Of a DNA stretch of 64,000 nt, positions 44,301-57,928 are shown piece by piece. The DNA is from Yuukianura sp. NJ FZ-2021 (Eukaryota). The notes below the pieces were generated by a model that worked only from the letters and a program-made list of their open reading frames with translations, was not told where the DNA came from and made no database searches. The position numbers were made by a program, and so were the translations under genes. Position 1 is the first letter of the stretch; the number at the start of each line of letters is the position of its first letter. Where the stretch lies: the NCBI GenBank assembly GCA_046563655.1, contig CM102290.1, positions 13,330,001 to 13,394,000 of the forward strand, in the 5' to 3' direction.

Positions 44301-46114
44301 TAGGGTTCAAGAGGTTAAACACAAAAACAAAACACGTCAGTACTATTCAAAACTCAAAATGGAAATGACCTTTAAACACGTCTGAGCAAGAAATCGCACT
44401 TTTTAAAAACAAGCATTGATGCAGCAAAACCGTTTCCATAGCAATGACCACTCAAAAGTTAGAAATTGTGCAAGATAAAATCAAAAACACGAAGTTTGAA
44501 ATTGTGCAGCTTCGGCAAACGAAACCCAGAATTGTGCACATCTTGGTGGTAAAAATTACATCCAGCCGGATGATTTAAACGGATTGTAATAATCAAGAAA
44601 AACTTGATTATTTCCTTAGAAAACTAGTCAACTTTGGGTACACTTTTAAGGGTACTAATCGGTGGTACTCCATTCTAAATTTTTTAACATAGCTTCATCG
44701 ATGATATACGATGCTCATCCTAAAATTTCATGATGTAGTACCACCGATTTCATCTTCATTTCCGTCCTCAAAGTTAGCATCGATACCCGAAACCAACCTT
44801 TGTTTCAGTTGGCGCCACTATTTGAATTTACATGTAATTCAAACTCTCAGACATCAGATGGAAAGATCAAATATGGTTTGAATTCTCTGGTGATGGCTGA
44901 TTTGCTGACAATTTCTGATAATCAGTCACAATACTGATGTTTTGGTCCCCGACTGATTAATTACTTAATTAATTAATTGATCTGTGATATGTTCTGTAGG
45001 ATTAACAACAATACAGCATATCGTATTCCCCACCTTTGCGTTAACCCTTTAAAAATGGGGATTCCTTAGCTCCAGATCAGGTTCAGAATTGGCAGGCAAA
45101 ATAGAACCGGGTATTGATTAGTCGTTAATCGGTAACTAATTGAGGGTAGGTCATGCGAATGACCTGCTTTAGCTTTGAACAGTGATTGAAGATTTAGGCC
45201 CCTCTGTAAGTGATGGCAGGTCAAAATCCATCGTTATTGGTGGTTTAAGCTTAAGATGGACTGTCCAGATAGATATTTACTGTTGGAGTGTCCAGTACGC
45301 ATGGTAGTCGTGGACGCTTGAGTCATTTGTGCTGTATGCTGACGTTATTGGCACTAGGGGTAGAAACCACAATTAGGTTTTATGAAGATCAATTTCCGAT
45401 CAATCGTACTTGTCCATGGCTGGCAAGTTGCCAGCCTTCCAAGAAAAAAGAAAATGAAAGTAATAAGCTACGCCGTTTCATATCTATGACTTTGTTTGGG
45501 GTCATTGACAGACTTTACGATTTTATAGTATGCTTTCATGTAAAAAAAAGTGCATGAGTCCGTCTCCGGTTAAGATTACGTTTAGTTGAGATAAACGTCT
45601 TAATTAGTGACGTTTGAATAGCTAATTGTTAAAACTGCACTCTCAAGGAGACATCCAGCTTCGGATTGTGCTGATTCCAGAATGGAATAGGACAAGGAAT
45701 AAGGAAAGAAGAGGAAGATAGGAAGGAGTTGTCTCTTACCTTGGTGGTGGTGGCTTTATCAAGGTTCAATGTTTATTAGAAAACGCTAGTGAAACGTTGG
45801 TTCAGCGACCCCAGGACGAGTGTGGCTGTCACAGGAAGTTGATGAGTGTCTTACCAATCAATCGTTAATTTGTAGTAAAAGATCAAAGATTAGGAGAAAT
45901 CCAAGGTCTTTGTGTCTTTGAGGCGTACGTGCGGTTTTGTTCCTGGATGATGGAGGAGAGTTCAGTAGAGAAAGATACCCGAATGAACATGGAATTATGC
46001 ACATAAAGTAAATGTAAAGGCAGGCGAGTGCTGTGCGGGGTTGAAGTACGGCAAACGTAGCCCCTACGTACATTCCTTGAGAAATAATCGGATGCGATAA
46101 ACTTTGTAGTTAGA

Positions 46115-46306
46115 ACGGTCATCTTTGTGGCTACTAATATGAATTGCTACGATGGGGTGGCATTGGCAACCAATGTGGTTACATTCATTAGGTTCGCTGC
46201 ATAACCTTAGCTAAAGTGGCGACATAAGTTGCCACATAGGGTTGCCTGTCACCTTGGCGTCCATTGTAGCCATTGCAATGGGCTACGTGGTTACACAGAT
46301 GATCGT
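46115..46306. mobile_element. MITE of the GTAGCC-rich family (degenerate)
   Basis: acggtcatctttgtggctac / gtggttacacagatgatcgt inverted ends; interior aaagtggcgacat...ttgcca shared with the 54920 copy. Confidence 0.55.
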
Positions 46307-47328
46307 TTTGTTCACCTCAACCGTTTACAGCAAATTAAGTAAAAGTAGGCGGTTAATTTAAATTGGCTGGTACTGTAGCGTCTAATTTAAAAACGAAACT
46401 TACGCGAATTATGTAAGATATCTCTTGAGATATCTTACAGCTGAGGAATAAGGTGTAGCAAACATGGAGGAGATGCGTCGTACCGATCGGTGAATACAAT
46501 GAAACGAAGAGGTGCATCAGTCTTACTTCAACCGAGCGTGTGGCATGTTGCTCCGACAGAATGAAAAATACGCAAATAACATACGTTAAGTTTCATTTTA
46601 CATTAAATTCGCTTAATATGTTAATTACTATTACTTGTTAATGTTCAAGTTACTGGCTTTTGGCATAATTTAGGTCCAATTAGTTTGAATGCGAAATGAG
46701 GCCTTTGCCCGATCGTTTTTGCATTTTATTTAGCAAAAAAACATGACCCACCTTCAAATTCAAATGAAATTGATCAAACAGTTCTCAAGTCCGTTTGATC
46801 TTTGGCTTCGTATAGCTCTAAAAAGAACTTTTACTAAACATTCAATGCTTGCAGTTAAAAGCCGTATCAATTCATAATTAGTTACTGAATAATTAACTCC
46901 TGGACATCAACAAAAACAATTTTTATTGAGTTCAGCCCTACCATGTGCTGAGGAATACTGGCCAAGTCATGAATAAAATGAAGACTGCCCTACGTAGTCG
47001 GCGTTCTGAACAGCCAGTTTTTGCAACAAAGTTGAAGGTATATTTTTTAGCTTGCCGGGAAAATTCATGCTTGATTGTATTTTAATTTTTAACAGTTCCT
47101 GCCCAACCGCCCGAATCGGGTAGCCAAGATACTTTGGTGGTACCGAATTGGTACCCGAGAAAAACACAAAATTTTATAAAATGTTATTAATTTTAGGTCC
47201 AATTAAATCCATGTATTGGTATCGGGGTCAAACTGCACGACCGGCATTACAGATGTACCCGCCACAACTCAAACAACATTGGACACAACTACCGCGCATT
47301 CCTTGTTCCAGGACCTACACTGAATGTA

Positions 47329-47335
<7 letters not shown>

Positions 47336-47359
<24 letters not shown>

Positions 47360-47424
47360 CGGTTTATTTTAGTTTCACAGTCACCTGCCAAAGGCAGGTT
47401 GAGAAAAGAAGTAGGGTAAAAAAA
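47336..47424 (-). mobile_element. Short poly(A)-tailed retroposed fragment
   Basis: Minus strand ends AATAAA-CCG-A(~26); flanked by direct repeat aatgtaattaatt (47323-47335 / 47425-47437); internal hairpin acctgcc-aaa-ggcaggt. Confidence 0.65.
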
Positions 47425-47438
47425 AATGTAATTAATTA

Positions 47439-47486
47439 TTAATTAATTAATTAATTAATTAATTAATTAATTAATTAATTAATTAA
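47439..47486. repeat. (TTAA)n microsatellite
   Basis: About 12 consecutive ttaa units. Confidence 0.9.
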
Positions 47487-47610
47487 TATTAGTAAAAAAA
47501 AATGTAATTAATTATTAACAAAACATAGCCAAGTTTACTTGTTGTTCAAAATCTTCCATCTAATTATTTTTGTGACTGATGTCGACGTGACTGTGACCTG
47601 TGGATTTGCT

Positions 47611-49868
47611 AGACATTTGGAACTCATGACGATTGGATTTCAGAACAAAACTATAGAAAATACACAGAAACGGACTCAAGACCTGTGTCGCCCTCTCCAT
47701 CAGTCTTCCGACATCGCAGTAAAAAAAGCGTAAGGTGAGCAAGCATTCTGGAAAATAAATTAAATGAAATTACTTACTAATTAATTAAATTATTAATACA
47801 ATTTAATTACAACAGTGGAAGAAGGACTAAGGTGCGGAGATGCATTACCCCGGAACCGGACGGACACCTCTACTCGCGTCGTGTTCTGATTTTGGATTTG
47901 AGAAAACTCAAGAGCATCGACGTTCTTCCGCGCCAGGGCAGCCTTACTTCAACCGGAACCATGTCGTCTCTGGATGACAGTGAAGACAACGATGTCTATG
48001 GAGCGCATGTCCGCCGTAAACCGGTCGTACCTACTCATGCGCATTTGGTTTTGAATTCGTCGAATCGCACCAACAGAAACACGCGAACTCAACTTCACCG
48101 GTTAGGCTCATTTCCAGTTACTGGTTCCGGGTCATCGCTTCCTCATATTCTGCAAGAGGTAAGTCATATAGCCTTTGTAGTTCAATTTTGTAGTTTTTGC
48201 TTGAATTCGGGCTCGTTACTCTCCAGAATTTTTCTGGCTCCGGCTTCTCAGTCAATAATTTGGAGCGCTGCGTCAAGCAAACCGAGTTTTAGCAGCAGCG
48301 CGAAAGGTTTCTAAAGGTGTTAACCTGAAAAAGAAAGTCGAATTATGGATTCGATTGAAGATAAAGCAGAGTTAATGCATGCAACTTACCTTTTAGGAGT
48401 GTTTACATGTCAATTTCCTGTCAAATGTCAGAAAGGTGTCTATTGAAGTCATGTCCACACTAAACAGCAAAAAAAAATGTTGAATATGAATTTCCAATTT
48501 TTTTTTCGAACTTCCAATTTTTCTTGTTTGTCAGTCGCTTTTTGTGCTTCGAACACAGACATGACCTCCTCTAATTCTTTTGACCTGCCGCCGGACTTCA
48601 TTTCCTTTATAAATTCAAACTACGAAAAAATTTCAATCATTCGTCAAAAAATTCAACAGTTTTATGAGAGGTCAGAGTTAACGCGGCGGACAAAGTCTGC
48701 GTCTGAACTGAGTTTCGACGACCCGGAAGAACGTCCTCCGATAATTCGTGCCAAACTAAGACTTAAACCCGAAGTTCTTCAAAAACTAGACACAGTAGAA
48801 ATTGGGTCAGACTACTTGAGTCCAACTGGTCAAAACGAGTTGCCCAGTAGTACTGGTGACCTTGACCTGCTGCGCAGATTCCCTCTACTTGTGTTAGCTC
48901 CTGCGCAGTCTCACTTGGATGAACAATGTGACACTGATTCCTTACTGGTAAAAGGAATGGGCATTACATTAGCCAATAGGATGACAGGAAAAGCTAACAT
49001 TTCTCCCCATAGGAAAAAAGTGACACGATGGTCTAAAAACCAATCAGGTTTGAAGAGGCCAAAAAAACTAAAAGTAAAACGCCGGAAACACGCCATCAGC
49101 AGTGCCACGGAGAAAGATCATTTATCAGCGCTGCTTCCATCGCTGCACGAAATCGCTTGGGACATTTATTGTAAGTATTACACTGACAATGACTTGGATT
49201 CTGTTTCACAGACGGCGTTTCCACTCCAATCGTCGTCAGTCCTAACTCTGCTCAGTCAGAATCCAGCGGCCGAACTTAAAATTGGAGAAGACGGGCCTGG
49301 AACGAAACAAAAGGCAAGTAAAAACTGGTAAATTCAACATTTAAATTCAAAAACGCTTACATTTACTGTGCCTCTGATAGAAGTTGAGACGACATGGACG
49401 ACGTCGCAAAAGCTCAAGTCATGAAAACTTAGAAGATGATAAAGAAGACACAAACGAAGTGGCTGAACAAGGTGAAGCAGTTGACAAGAACAACACGGAA
49501 AGAGAGCCAGGATCAGATAGACTAAATCCTGAACATGCTGAAGTTGACGGTGTGATCGACGATCCGGAGCCAACAGCATCGCAAGCCACAAGTCCATCGT
49601 TGTTCCAAATTTTAGAACAAAGTTTATCCAAGAAACGGTGGTACCTCAGTGTAAGTAAAACCTGAAACACAAAATTTGATTTGAATTTGAAGAATTTGAA
49701 AACTGTTTAAAAAAAAAATTTCAGCAAAATCACCTGAACAAAGAAATTGAAGAATTGGAGAAACTCTTCGGCAAGCGAGATAGAGTTCGACGCACTGCTG
49801 CCACCTTGAACGAAGACGCCTACCTCAACCTTCCAACAGATTTGAAAAAACGACTCTGTTTAACATAA
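47611..49868 (+). CDS. Uncharacterised multi-exon protein; 5' end uncertain (candidate exons back to ~46936)
   Basis: Exons from 47611 through ORFs 47832, 48477 and 49384 can be joined in frame to a last exon QNHLNKEIEELEKLFG...LCLT* (49868); no recognisable domain. Confidence 0.55.
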
Positions 49869-50118
49869 GCGTCTATGTCAAAACAATTCGTTTTTGCCTT
49901 GCTTGCGATTTATTTTAATTTTGGCTAATTATATATTCGTGTTGCGGTTTCTCTGTCAAAGAGAAATCATGTAAATATATTATGAACCTGTAGTAATCTG
50001 CGACCATGCAATATTTCACGTTATGCATGCCATTTTTGTAAAGAAAAGTGATAAACAAGGAGATGAGCCAATTCAACCAAACGATGAGTGGAAATTTCAC
50101 ATAGTAGGCTAAGGCTAT

Positions 50119-51294
50119 CTAAATTCCAAACATCATCCCCAGCGTTTTCTTGCTCTCAAATACTTTCTTGGTCCCGTTCATAACCAGCTCCTCCATCTAT
50201 CAAAATTTGAATCAATTACTCAAAAGTTTTAAGCATTTTAACTTTTAAGAAAATCTTACGATTTTTTGAAAATGTTGCTGCCGTTCGTCTCCAGTGTCAG
50301 GCTGTTTGATCTGTCGAGATTCAGCAACGCATGGTACATCAGGAGCGTCGTTTCCAATTGCAAGAATGCTGCGAAGGCTGTTGCCCAAGTGACGTGCTAA
50401 ATCCTCTTGAGTAGCAGTAGTTGCCTGTTGCGGTGGCGGGTAGCAGCTGTTTTTGAGAATATGATTTTCATCTTCGGTGCTGCGAGCAGCGGACGGATTG
50501 CCTTGCGAAATAATGTCGTGGTTGTCCCCATTGGCCATCAAGTTGGCCCAGAACTGACGAAGGTCGGATTGAGGTGCTTCGGGAACTGGAGTTTCCTGAA
50601 GCGTTTCCGGTTCTTCCTTTTCAATTCGTTCCTTGGCAACGTTCCGCTGCTGCTGAGGCAGGTCAGGCGTAACAAGCGGTTCGCGTTCTGGACGATAGGA
50701 GGATCCCATGGGTGCATTTCTGTATCGGTTGTTCAATCTCGGCTGACCGCCACTGTAAGTTTGACGGTAAGAAAGCGTTGGTACAAATGGAGGACATGGA
50801 TCCAGACCCTGAATGCGTGGAGCATCCAGTATAATTCCCAAATGGTATGGTAGGTTCTCTGGTTTCTTTCTACATGCTGGGTTACGGAAGCAGTTGATAA
50901 GGAATTCCTGCAAGAAAAGAAACAAAAGAACACACATAAGCTGTCTTTCAGTTGTGTTGAAGATAAAAGTAGCTCTGACAATGTCAAAGACAAAAGGATA
51001 CAAATACATTTTAAGACCTGGTCAGTGGTCAAGCTACTTTTCATTTACAAATGGATAACTTAAGACAGACTCCTAGCATTGAACTTTTTTCAGAAAAGAT
51101 AATCAAGATACCGACCTGGGCTTTGTCGTAATGACCAAAAGCTTTTAAAGTTTTAAAGACAAGTATACCTTAGGGTAGATAATCCTGGATCCATTTGGCA
51201 GACGGAGCGGTCGAATTTGAACATCCAACAGTACTGAATCCGAATTTTGTGATCGATCGGCGGGCTGGGCTCGGACAGATGCAGTTTCCTCCAT
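50119..51294 (-). CDS. ~283-aa protein with a canonical eIF4E-binding motif; exons 51294-51169, 50907-50260, 50196-50119
   Basis: Spliced junction reads GSRIIYPK|EFLINCFRNPACRKKPENLP (YxxxxL-hydrophobic); the rest is P/Q/E-rich low complexity. Confidence 0.7.
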
Positions 51295-53664
51295 TTCGGT
51301 CAATTTAGTAGTTAGCACTGCAATTCAAACAAAAAAAACACGTAATAAAAACGTTTGCTTCGACTTTCCTTCCTGTCACTACAAAAAAACTAAGTTTCAC
51401 TTCGTAACCCATTAGTTCCATTTACCATTTCGGCTTGGAAAACATTACTTTAGTTAACATAAAAGTTAGTGACATTTCTAAACCTACTCACTCTTTATGC
51501 TTTATGCACTCTGTTCGCTTATCTGACAGTCCTCATACTGTCGCAGTATCGTTCGCAAATGGTTAGACTATCGTTCCTAATGGGTTTGAAAACGCAAACA
51601 TTCTTGCCAGCTTTATACGATACCTTGACAGTAAGATATAGTCGAGTAACAAGATACAGTTACAACAATGCTAAACTTAAATTGATACGAGAGTTCAACA
51701 AACTTACCAAGCGTAGAGTAGGAAGACGGACAAATTAGACTGGAACTGGAGAGGAAAGAGACAAGGAGTTGCAACGACTACTGGCTGAAGACGAGTGACG
51801 AAGACGGTAGAACTAGACTAGGAGGAGGACTGACTGAAGATGACCAAAAGGAGAGTGACATGAAGAAGACAGAGTGACTAATTGAATACTGGACATCATA
51901 TTTACAAATTGTGGTGTCCCCAAAATAAACAAGACGTTTTCACAGTGAATACAGGAAGGAGGAGAGGAATCATCTGGTGGTCTCTGACCCCTCACCGCCC
52001 TACAAACAGCAGCAGGGATCTTCTGCGTAACAGAAAACGTAAACTCCTCCTCCCTCTTCTCTTTAGCCAATTCTTCTTCGCAGTCACTGCGCCTGCGTAC
52101 GCGTCAAAAAAATTTTTATGGCGGGAAAACTGATGAGGAAGTAACCAAATTCATTCCATTCCACAAGGTTACACTGCAATTCTGCGCCGCGCTGCCAACG
52201 GTACCGCCGCCGGAAGGATAATTTCACGGTGAAATTTCCACCGTAACTGCAAGTTAAAAATACGGAAGTAGGAAACAGGAAAATCCGAAATTCAAAAATT
52301 CCAGACAAAAAAAAGGAAATTTTTTTAACTAACAACTAATAGAAACCACTCCAGTACTACTTAATTGTAACGAATTTAAATTCAACCAATTTTATACCAC
52401 AATTCTCGTAGAATTTTTCAACTAAACATGAGAGGGATGCAATTCAAGCGCTTAAGCAATTAACTATTAAAACAAATTAGTATTATTCTATTTCCTAACA
52501 AATTAAGCCTCACACTCACAGTTCACGTCGGAAACTTACCGAAGGAAAACGGTCTATGGTGCTTTACGAGTTACGACTTGCGCGTTACGAATAAGACTGG
52601 GGCTATAGTTGTCATAAAACGGAGCTCAAGTGACCTTGAAGTTGCTAAACGGCCCTTCAGTGCGACACCTCACCGTGCTCTATGTATTGTAGTCCTTTTA
52701 CTATTGATTTGTCAAGGTTAGATGACTAAAGGAGCGACGCGGAGTCGATATGATCGGCCAAATTTAAAATTATGAATTGAGAATGAGATTTTGGTTGTTT
52801 GGGCAAACAGAAGCTCTCTTCGTCTTCTCGCTCTCTGTCGTCAACTTTCATAAGCAGGAGTAGTAGAGCTAACATAAATACAAAAAACCAAATTCAAAGG
52901 ATTCTTCTAGAAGAAAATTTGTGTAAAATCTCACGGTATTTTACATTTACACCAAATCATACTATTTTAGCATAACTTTGCACAACCACCTTCGTCACTA
53001 CTCACTTCGTGATTCATTCTCCGTCAGCCAGTCGTCGTTTCCACGTTTTTTGTGCGGAGTGCGGAGGAATCAATCGTCAGCAGTAGAAGTTGCGAATTGC
53101 GATTAAATGTGATTTGGAAACGTCGATTGACGGATACCCAGTTCCTGTAACTGCTTCACACAATAGTCCGATTAACGGAGGTTGTTTCTAGCGTTTGAGA
53201 CTGATTTGATCTCCTTCGTAGTCATTCATTAGCAAAGCAATACATCCGGACCGGACGTCGCCGTCGCCACGTTTTAGCTGCAAGTTTGCAATTTGTGGTA
53301 ATCTGCTTTTTTTTCTTTTCTTTTTTTTAAATTTTACGATCGGAACCCCACAGCCGTATTGAATTTTATGAGTTTTTTACACCCGGTAGAAGAGTGTCCA
53401 TACTGAGAAACGTGTGCTAATCGTAACAAGAACTCATAAAAATACACTAGGGGTCCACGATTTTACTGAAATTATGTTTACACAAGTAAGTCGTATCTAA
53501 TTGGCGTATGTCATTTACAGCCTAATCAAACGGAAGGAAGAACCAGAAGTCAGGAACTGGAACAAATCAGTGGCTTCAAGGAATCCACGAATCGTACGTA
53601 TTAGTAATAGAGTCGTAGCAGTCCTCAAGGCCATTCCTGACTTCACTGGAAACGAATCTCTACA

Positions 53665-54474
53665 ATGGCAGCAACACGCAGACTTCAAAAGGTTAGTGCA
53701 GTGCTAGAAATACTTAAAAGTTAGGGTAACGTAACGGCGAAGTGGAAGTCCAGTGCGACTACTTACTTGGTTATATTTTATTAATATGTTTATGATTGGA
53801 TGATTGGAACTTTCAGGAATTGCTGGAACTTCGAGCTACCGGAATGAAAGCCTTTCGGGACATTGTAGTTGACGATCATAATATCCTTTATTGGCAAGGA
53901 CTTATTGTTCCCGTAAGTAAAAGCAAAGTACTAGGTGTTAGACTTTGAATTAAGTGAGATGATTTACATATATTATGTTACTTAATTACAGGAAAATGCT
54001 CCATATAATAAAGGTGCCTTCAAAATTGAAATCAATTTCCCGGCAGAATATCCTTTTAAACCACCGAAAGTCAACTTCCGTACAAAGATTTACCATCCGA
54101 ACATTGATGAGAAGGGGCACGTTTGCCTTCCTATCATCAGTGCTGAGAACTGGAAGCCTGCTACAAAAACTGATCAAGGTTAGTAATAGTTTAGTTATAA
54201 CTAAAACCGTAAAAGATAATATCTCTACTTAGCATGTCATCTTATGATGGACGACTTAACTTTCCTTCCCACTCTTAGTCAGTCGTGAGTGATGACTTAT
54301 GTTTATTGATTTTATACAGTTATTCAAGCATTGGTGGCTTTGGTAAACGATCCTGAACCTGAACACCCACTAAGGGCCGACATTGCCGAAGAATTTGTCA
54401 AGGACAGACGAAAGTTTTTCAAGAATGCGGAGGAGTTTACTAGGAAACACGGGGAGCGGAGACCAGCTGATTAG
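53665..54474 (+). CDS. UBE2L3: Ubiquitin-conjugating enzyme E2 L3 (UbcH7), 4 exons
   Basis: [15 protein letters not shown]...[34 protein letters not shown]...[51 protein letters not shown]...RPAD*. Confidence 0.97.
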
Positions 54475-54919
54475 AGTCACGATTAGTTCGTTTTGTCGCA
54501 GCACTTGGACAACCAATTCATGTTCAATTCAGACTGAGTTCATGATTTAAGCACAAGAGGCCAGAGGCCCCAATAATCGTCTGTCCTGGCTTCTATTGTT
54601 TTCGTTACCTACTAAACTAATCCCACTTTATAATTCAAAACTTAATTTAAATCATGTTGTGCTCGTAATAACTAGGGAGGTAACAAGTTTGTTAATTACG
54701 ACCATAGCGCTCCCCAGTCCAGCCACTCATTTAGAATATTGACATGACTCACACTTTGTGAGTCTACAAATCATGTGTTACTGCGGTAAGAATGGTATTT
54801 AAAAGAATTTTATTTCTATTAAACACACAAATACGATAGCGATAGTTTATGGAAACGAATTTAGAAATTGTAGCTCTTTGGTCACTTCCAGCTCCAATTC
54901 ACGGTCGGAGTAAGCATTA

Positions 54920-55047
54920 ACCACCGTCAGTGTATCCAGTGGCCACCTTTTGTGGCTACGCCTACGTGGTATCTTATATAGCCACTTTAACCTAGCCTAA
55001 CTTAAAGTGGCAACATTTGTTGCCAGGATGGCTACAATGACGGTGGT
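54920..55047. mobile_element. MITE of the GTAGCC-rich family, TA-flanked
   Basis: ta-accaccgtcagtgtatcca...tggctacaatgacggtggt-ta. Confidence 0.7.
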
Positions 55048-56470
55048 TAAACCTTACTATTCTTGGTAGAGCAATGATCAATTCAAATAGTCGTTGGTGC
55101 TAATGGCAACAATATAAAATGATTGCCTGAGGCGACAAAGTCCAAACATGTCACATGTGACTATTTTCACCATCTTCCAAATTAAAGCGGGAACATTTAA
55201 ATTCGAACGAACTTTGAAATGAAAAACTTCCGATTTGTTTGCTGTCAGAATTTTGAGGTTACTGGAAATCAGTTTTTTAAATGTTCGCATTTTAATGCAT
55301 CGTTTGGTAATAGACTTTCCATTTTCTCTTTTAATTTCCATTTCTTCAAACGTTTTTGTAATTTTGGAGTGTAGGACAATCATAATTATTAATTTGGTAG
55401 TTCAGATTGAAATTGTTCAGTTTCCCTGCAGGTTTACACTGGACTTTTTTGACATGAGAGGCATTAGGCGAACCTACGTTTAGTAAATAAGTTAAGGTGG
55501 TTACAAATTACGATATATAAAGGGTATCTCATAACATTCTGATTCTTACAAAGGAATATATCAAGGGCGTATGAGAAATGTTTGACCTTTGACCTTGTCT
55601 ACTGAGCTTTAGTCTCTCATCTCATAGCCAGGAGTTTACTTTTAGTACTTTTGTATATGAAGGAAATGGAAGGTCACAAAAACGGGGGTGACCAAACGTT
55701 TACAATACGTTTTAGCACTTTGGTCTCATTCTCAAACTTCCTTTGTAAGAACATAGTTAATTAATAGTTGTATAACAAACGAGCAGTTCTGTTCATTTGA
55801 ACTAAACTACAAATTTAATATTATACTTAACGTATAAGTTACACAGTAACTACATTCCTAAGGTTTTAAGTTTTTAGCAACGTAGTAAATTCACTTTTTG
55901 TTTTTGTGGATTTTAATACGTAAATTGGTGTGACAATTTTCCCTAATTTTCAAGTCTTCAATTCTGGACATTTAGTTCTTAACCCACTCAGCTTATTTGT
56001 TTGTCCCCACTCCAAAACTAGTATATCATTCTCTTTTTAACGTTAATCGTAAAATTTTTAACGTTAAAGTACTGTTACCTTAATTAATGATTAACTGGAA
56101 AATGACACTTATTACTAAACAGGGTGGACACCACAACTAAACCTGACTTTAGTCATTTCTTCTTTTTTTTGATTTTCTGTTACCAAGCGCTTGCCAAGTT
56201 CTGAGAACTGAAGATGCGATGTAACTGAAATTTCACTGACTTTCTAGTTAGCTATCAATTCAATTAATTTTCTGTTCATATGTTAAAGGTTGCATCGCTA
56301 GATCAGTTGCATTTAGGTTGAGTCAAAACGTTATTTGGAAGAATCAGGGAACGGTGTTGAGTAAAAACTGTTTTTTTTTTGGCCATTTGATATTCCAGTT
56401 CCTGTCAACAATGGACAATTTGTTCTCAATTTTTAACTGTAGGAGCATTTTCAGGTCAGAGTAAGGAATA

Positions 56471-56631
56471 ACGACCATCCTTGTAGCCACCAAGGCCGGC
56501 TATCTTTGGTGGCTACAATAGCCGCTACACCTGAGAGTGACAACTTGTGTAGCCAGAGCCACCTTAACCTTGTGTAGCCGCTGAAGGTGACCACCGGAGT
56601 TGCTACATTATGCGGGTACAACGACGGTCGT
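56471..56631. mobile_element. MITE of the GTAGCC-rich family, TA-flanked
   Basis: ta-acgaccatccttgtagcc...gggtacaacgacggtcgt-ta, with multiple internal tgtagcc/ggctaca motifs. Confidence 0.65.
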
Positions 56632-57928
56632 TATACCTTACGCCAACCAAATTTCCGTTCAAGACACTGCGACACTACCAAACGACGCTGAAACAACAAA
56701 AACTACTAAAATTTTTAGTTCACGATTTCCATAATTTCTATCACGTACAAAGGAAGAAAACTTCCCATGGAAAAGTAAATCGTGTTAAACTGGGTACAAA
56801 TTTAGTAGTTTCGTAGATGTCAAAATTAAATTTTCGTAACTAGCTCAATCTCAGTTCAAGTTTCCCGCCTCCTTCAACAGTTTTACATCACTGGGTGCTG
56901 GAAAAATGGGCAAATTTGATAGCACGGACATTACTATTGAAATAATTTAAAGTACATAGTAATTAAATGGAGACACTTTCAATGATTAACTTAACTTCTC
57001 CATTACTCCTGAACAGTTGTAGGGACAGGAGAAAACACAAAATGCTTTTGCATAATTTTGAACCGAACCCATTTGTAAAAATATTTCAGTAATATTTGAG
57101 TTTCATTTTCTTGTTTAAGCGTTTCCTAAATCTTAACAAAAAAAAACTTTTAGACGAAACATAATGAACAATAGGCATTACTCCCTTGAATATAAAATTT
57201 AATACCTAAACTTAACTTATAACTAAAGTGCTTAAAATCATATAGAGACAAACAAATCACAGTTTTTTTTTGTTTAGCTTTTCTTGCTTTCTTATATGCA
57301 ACACTTTTTTTTAAAACCAAAATTTAAGTTAAAATTCTTTCCAGATGAGTTAATGGAAAGGAAGGCGGTGTGTACTGAAGTTACAACTAAAGTTAGACTT
57401 GTAGCCTATGCCACCGGGATTTGTTTCAGATTCATAACATAACGTTTTTAGCAAGCATTTGAAATAAATTCGGGTTTTGTAATGCGCCAGAGCAGAAACC
57501 AAAATGACTTTTCAAAATTTCTTAGATGAAACTTTTAACATGACAGCGACAGAACCTAATGCTACACAGTGTTTCTTTTCTACTAGACTATTCCGTGAAC
57601 CTGTAAACAGAAAGTTTTTACTCTTCAGCAAAATTAGTTTTTACCAATACCAATTAGTTTGTAGATTGAAGGATTTCCGTATATAGTAGAACTACCTAAG
57701 TATTATAACTTATGAAATTTTGACTGCTTTTAGATCTGATACATGCTAAAAATAGTGATGGCTTAACTTAAGATTACAATGATATTTATGGTTTTTAGTT
57801 GGATTCGGCGGCTTGGTTCCGTTACAGAGCTTAACGGGCAAAACTTGCAAGTATTCTTCTGAATCAGTAGTGTAGGATCTGAATGATTCTCTGGTTTTGT
57901 AGTAGATGGGCTTGGGAGACTAGACGTG

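Larger units (their letters stand above)
42798..44314. mobile_element. Putative TTAA-flanked (piggyBac-like) non-autonomous element filled with tandem repeats
   Basis: ttaa-cctc...gagg-ttaa with short imperfect TIR; interior is the 15-bp array plus ~40-bp subterminal repeats. Confidence 0.5.
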
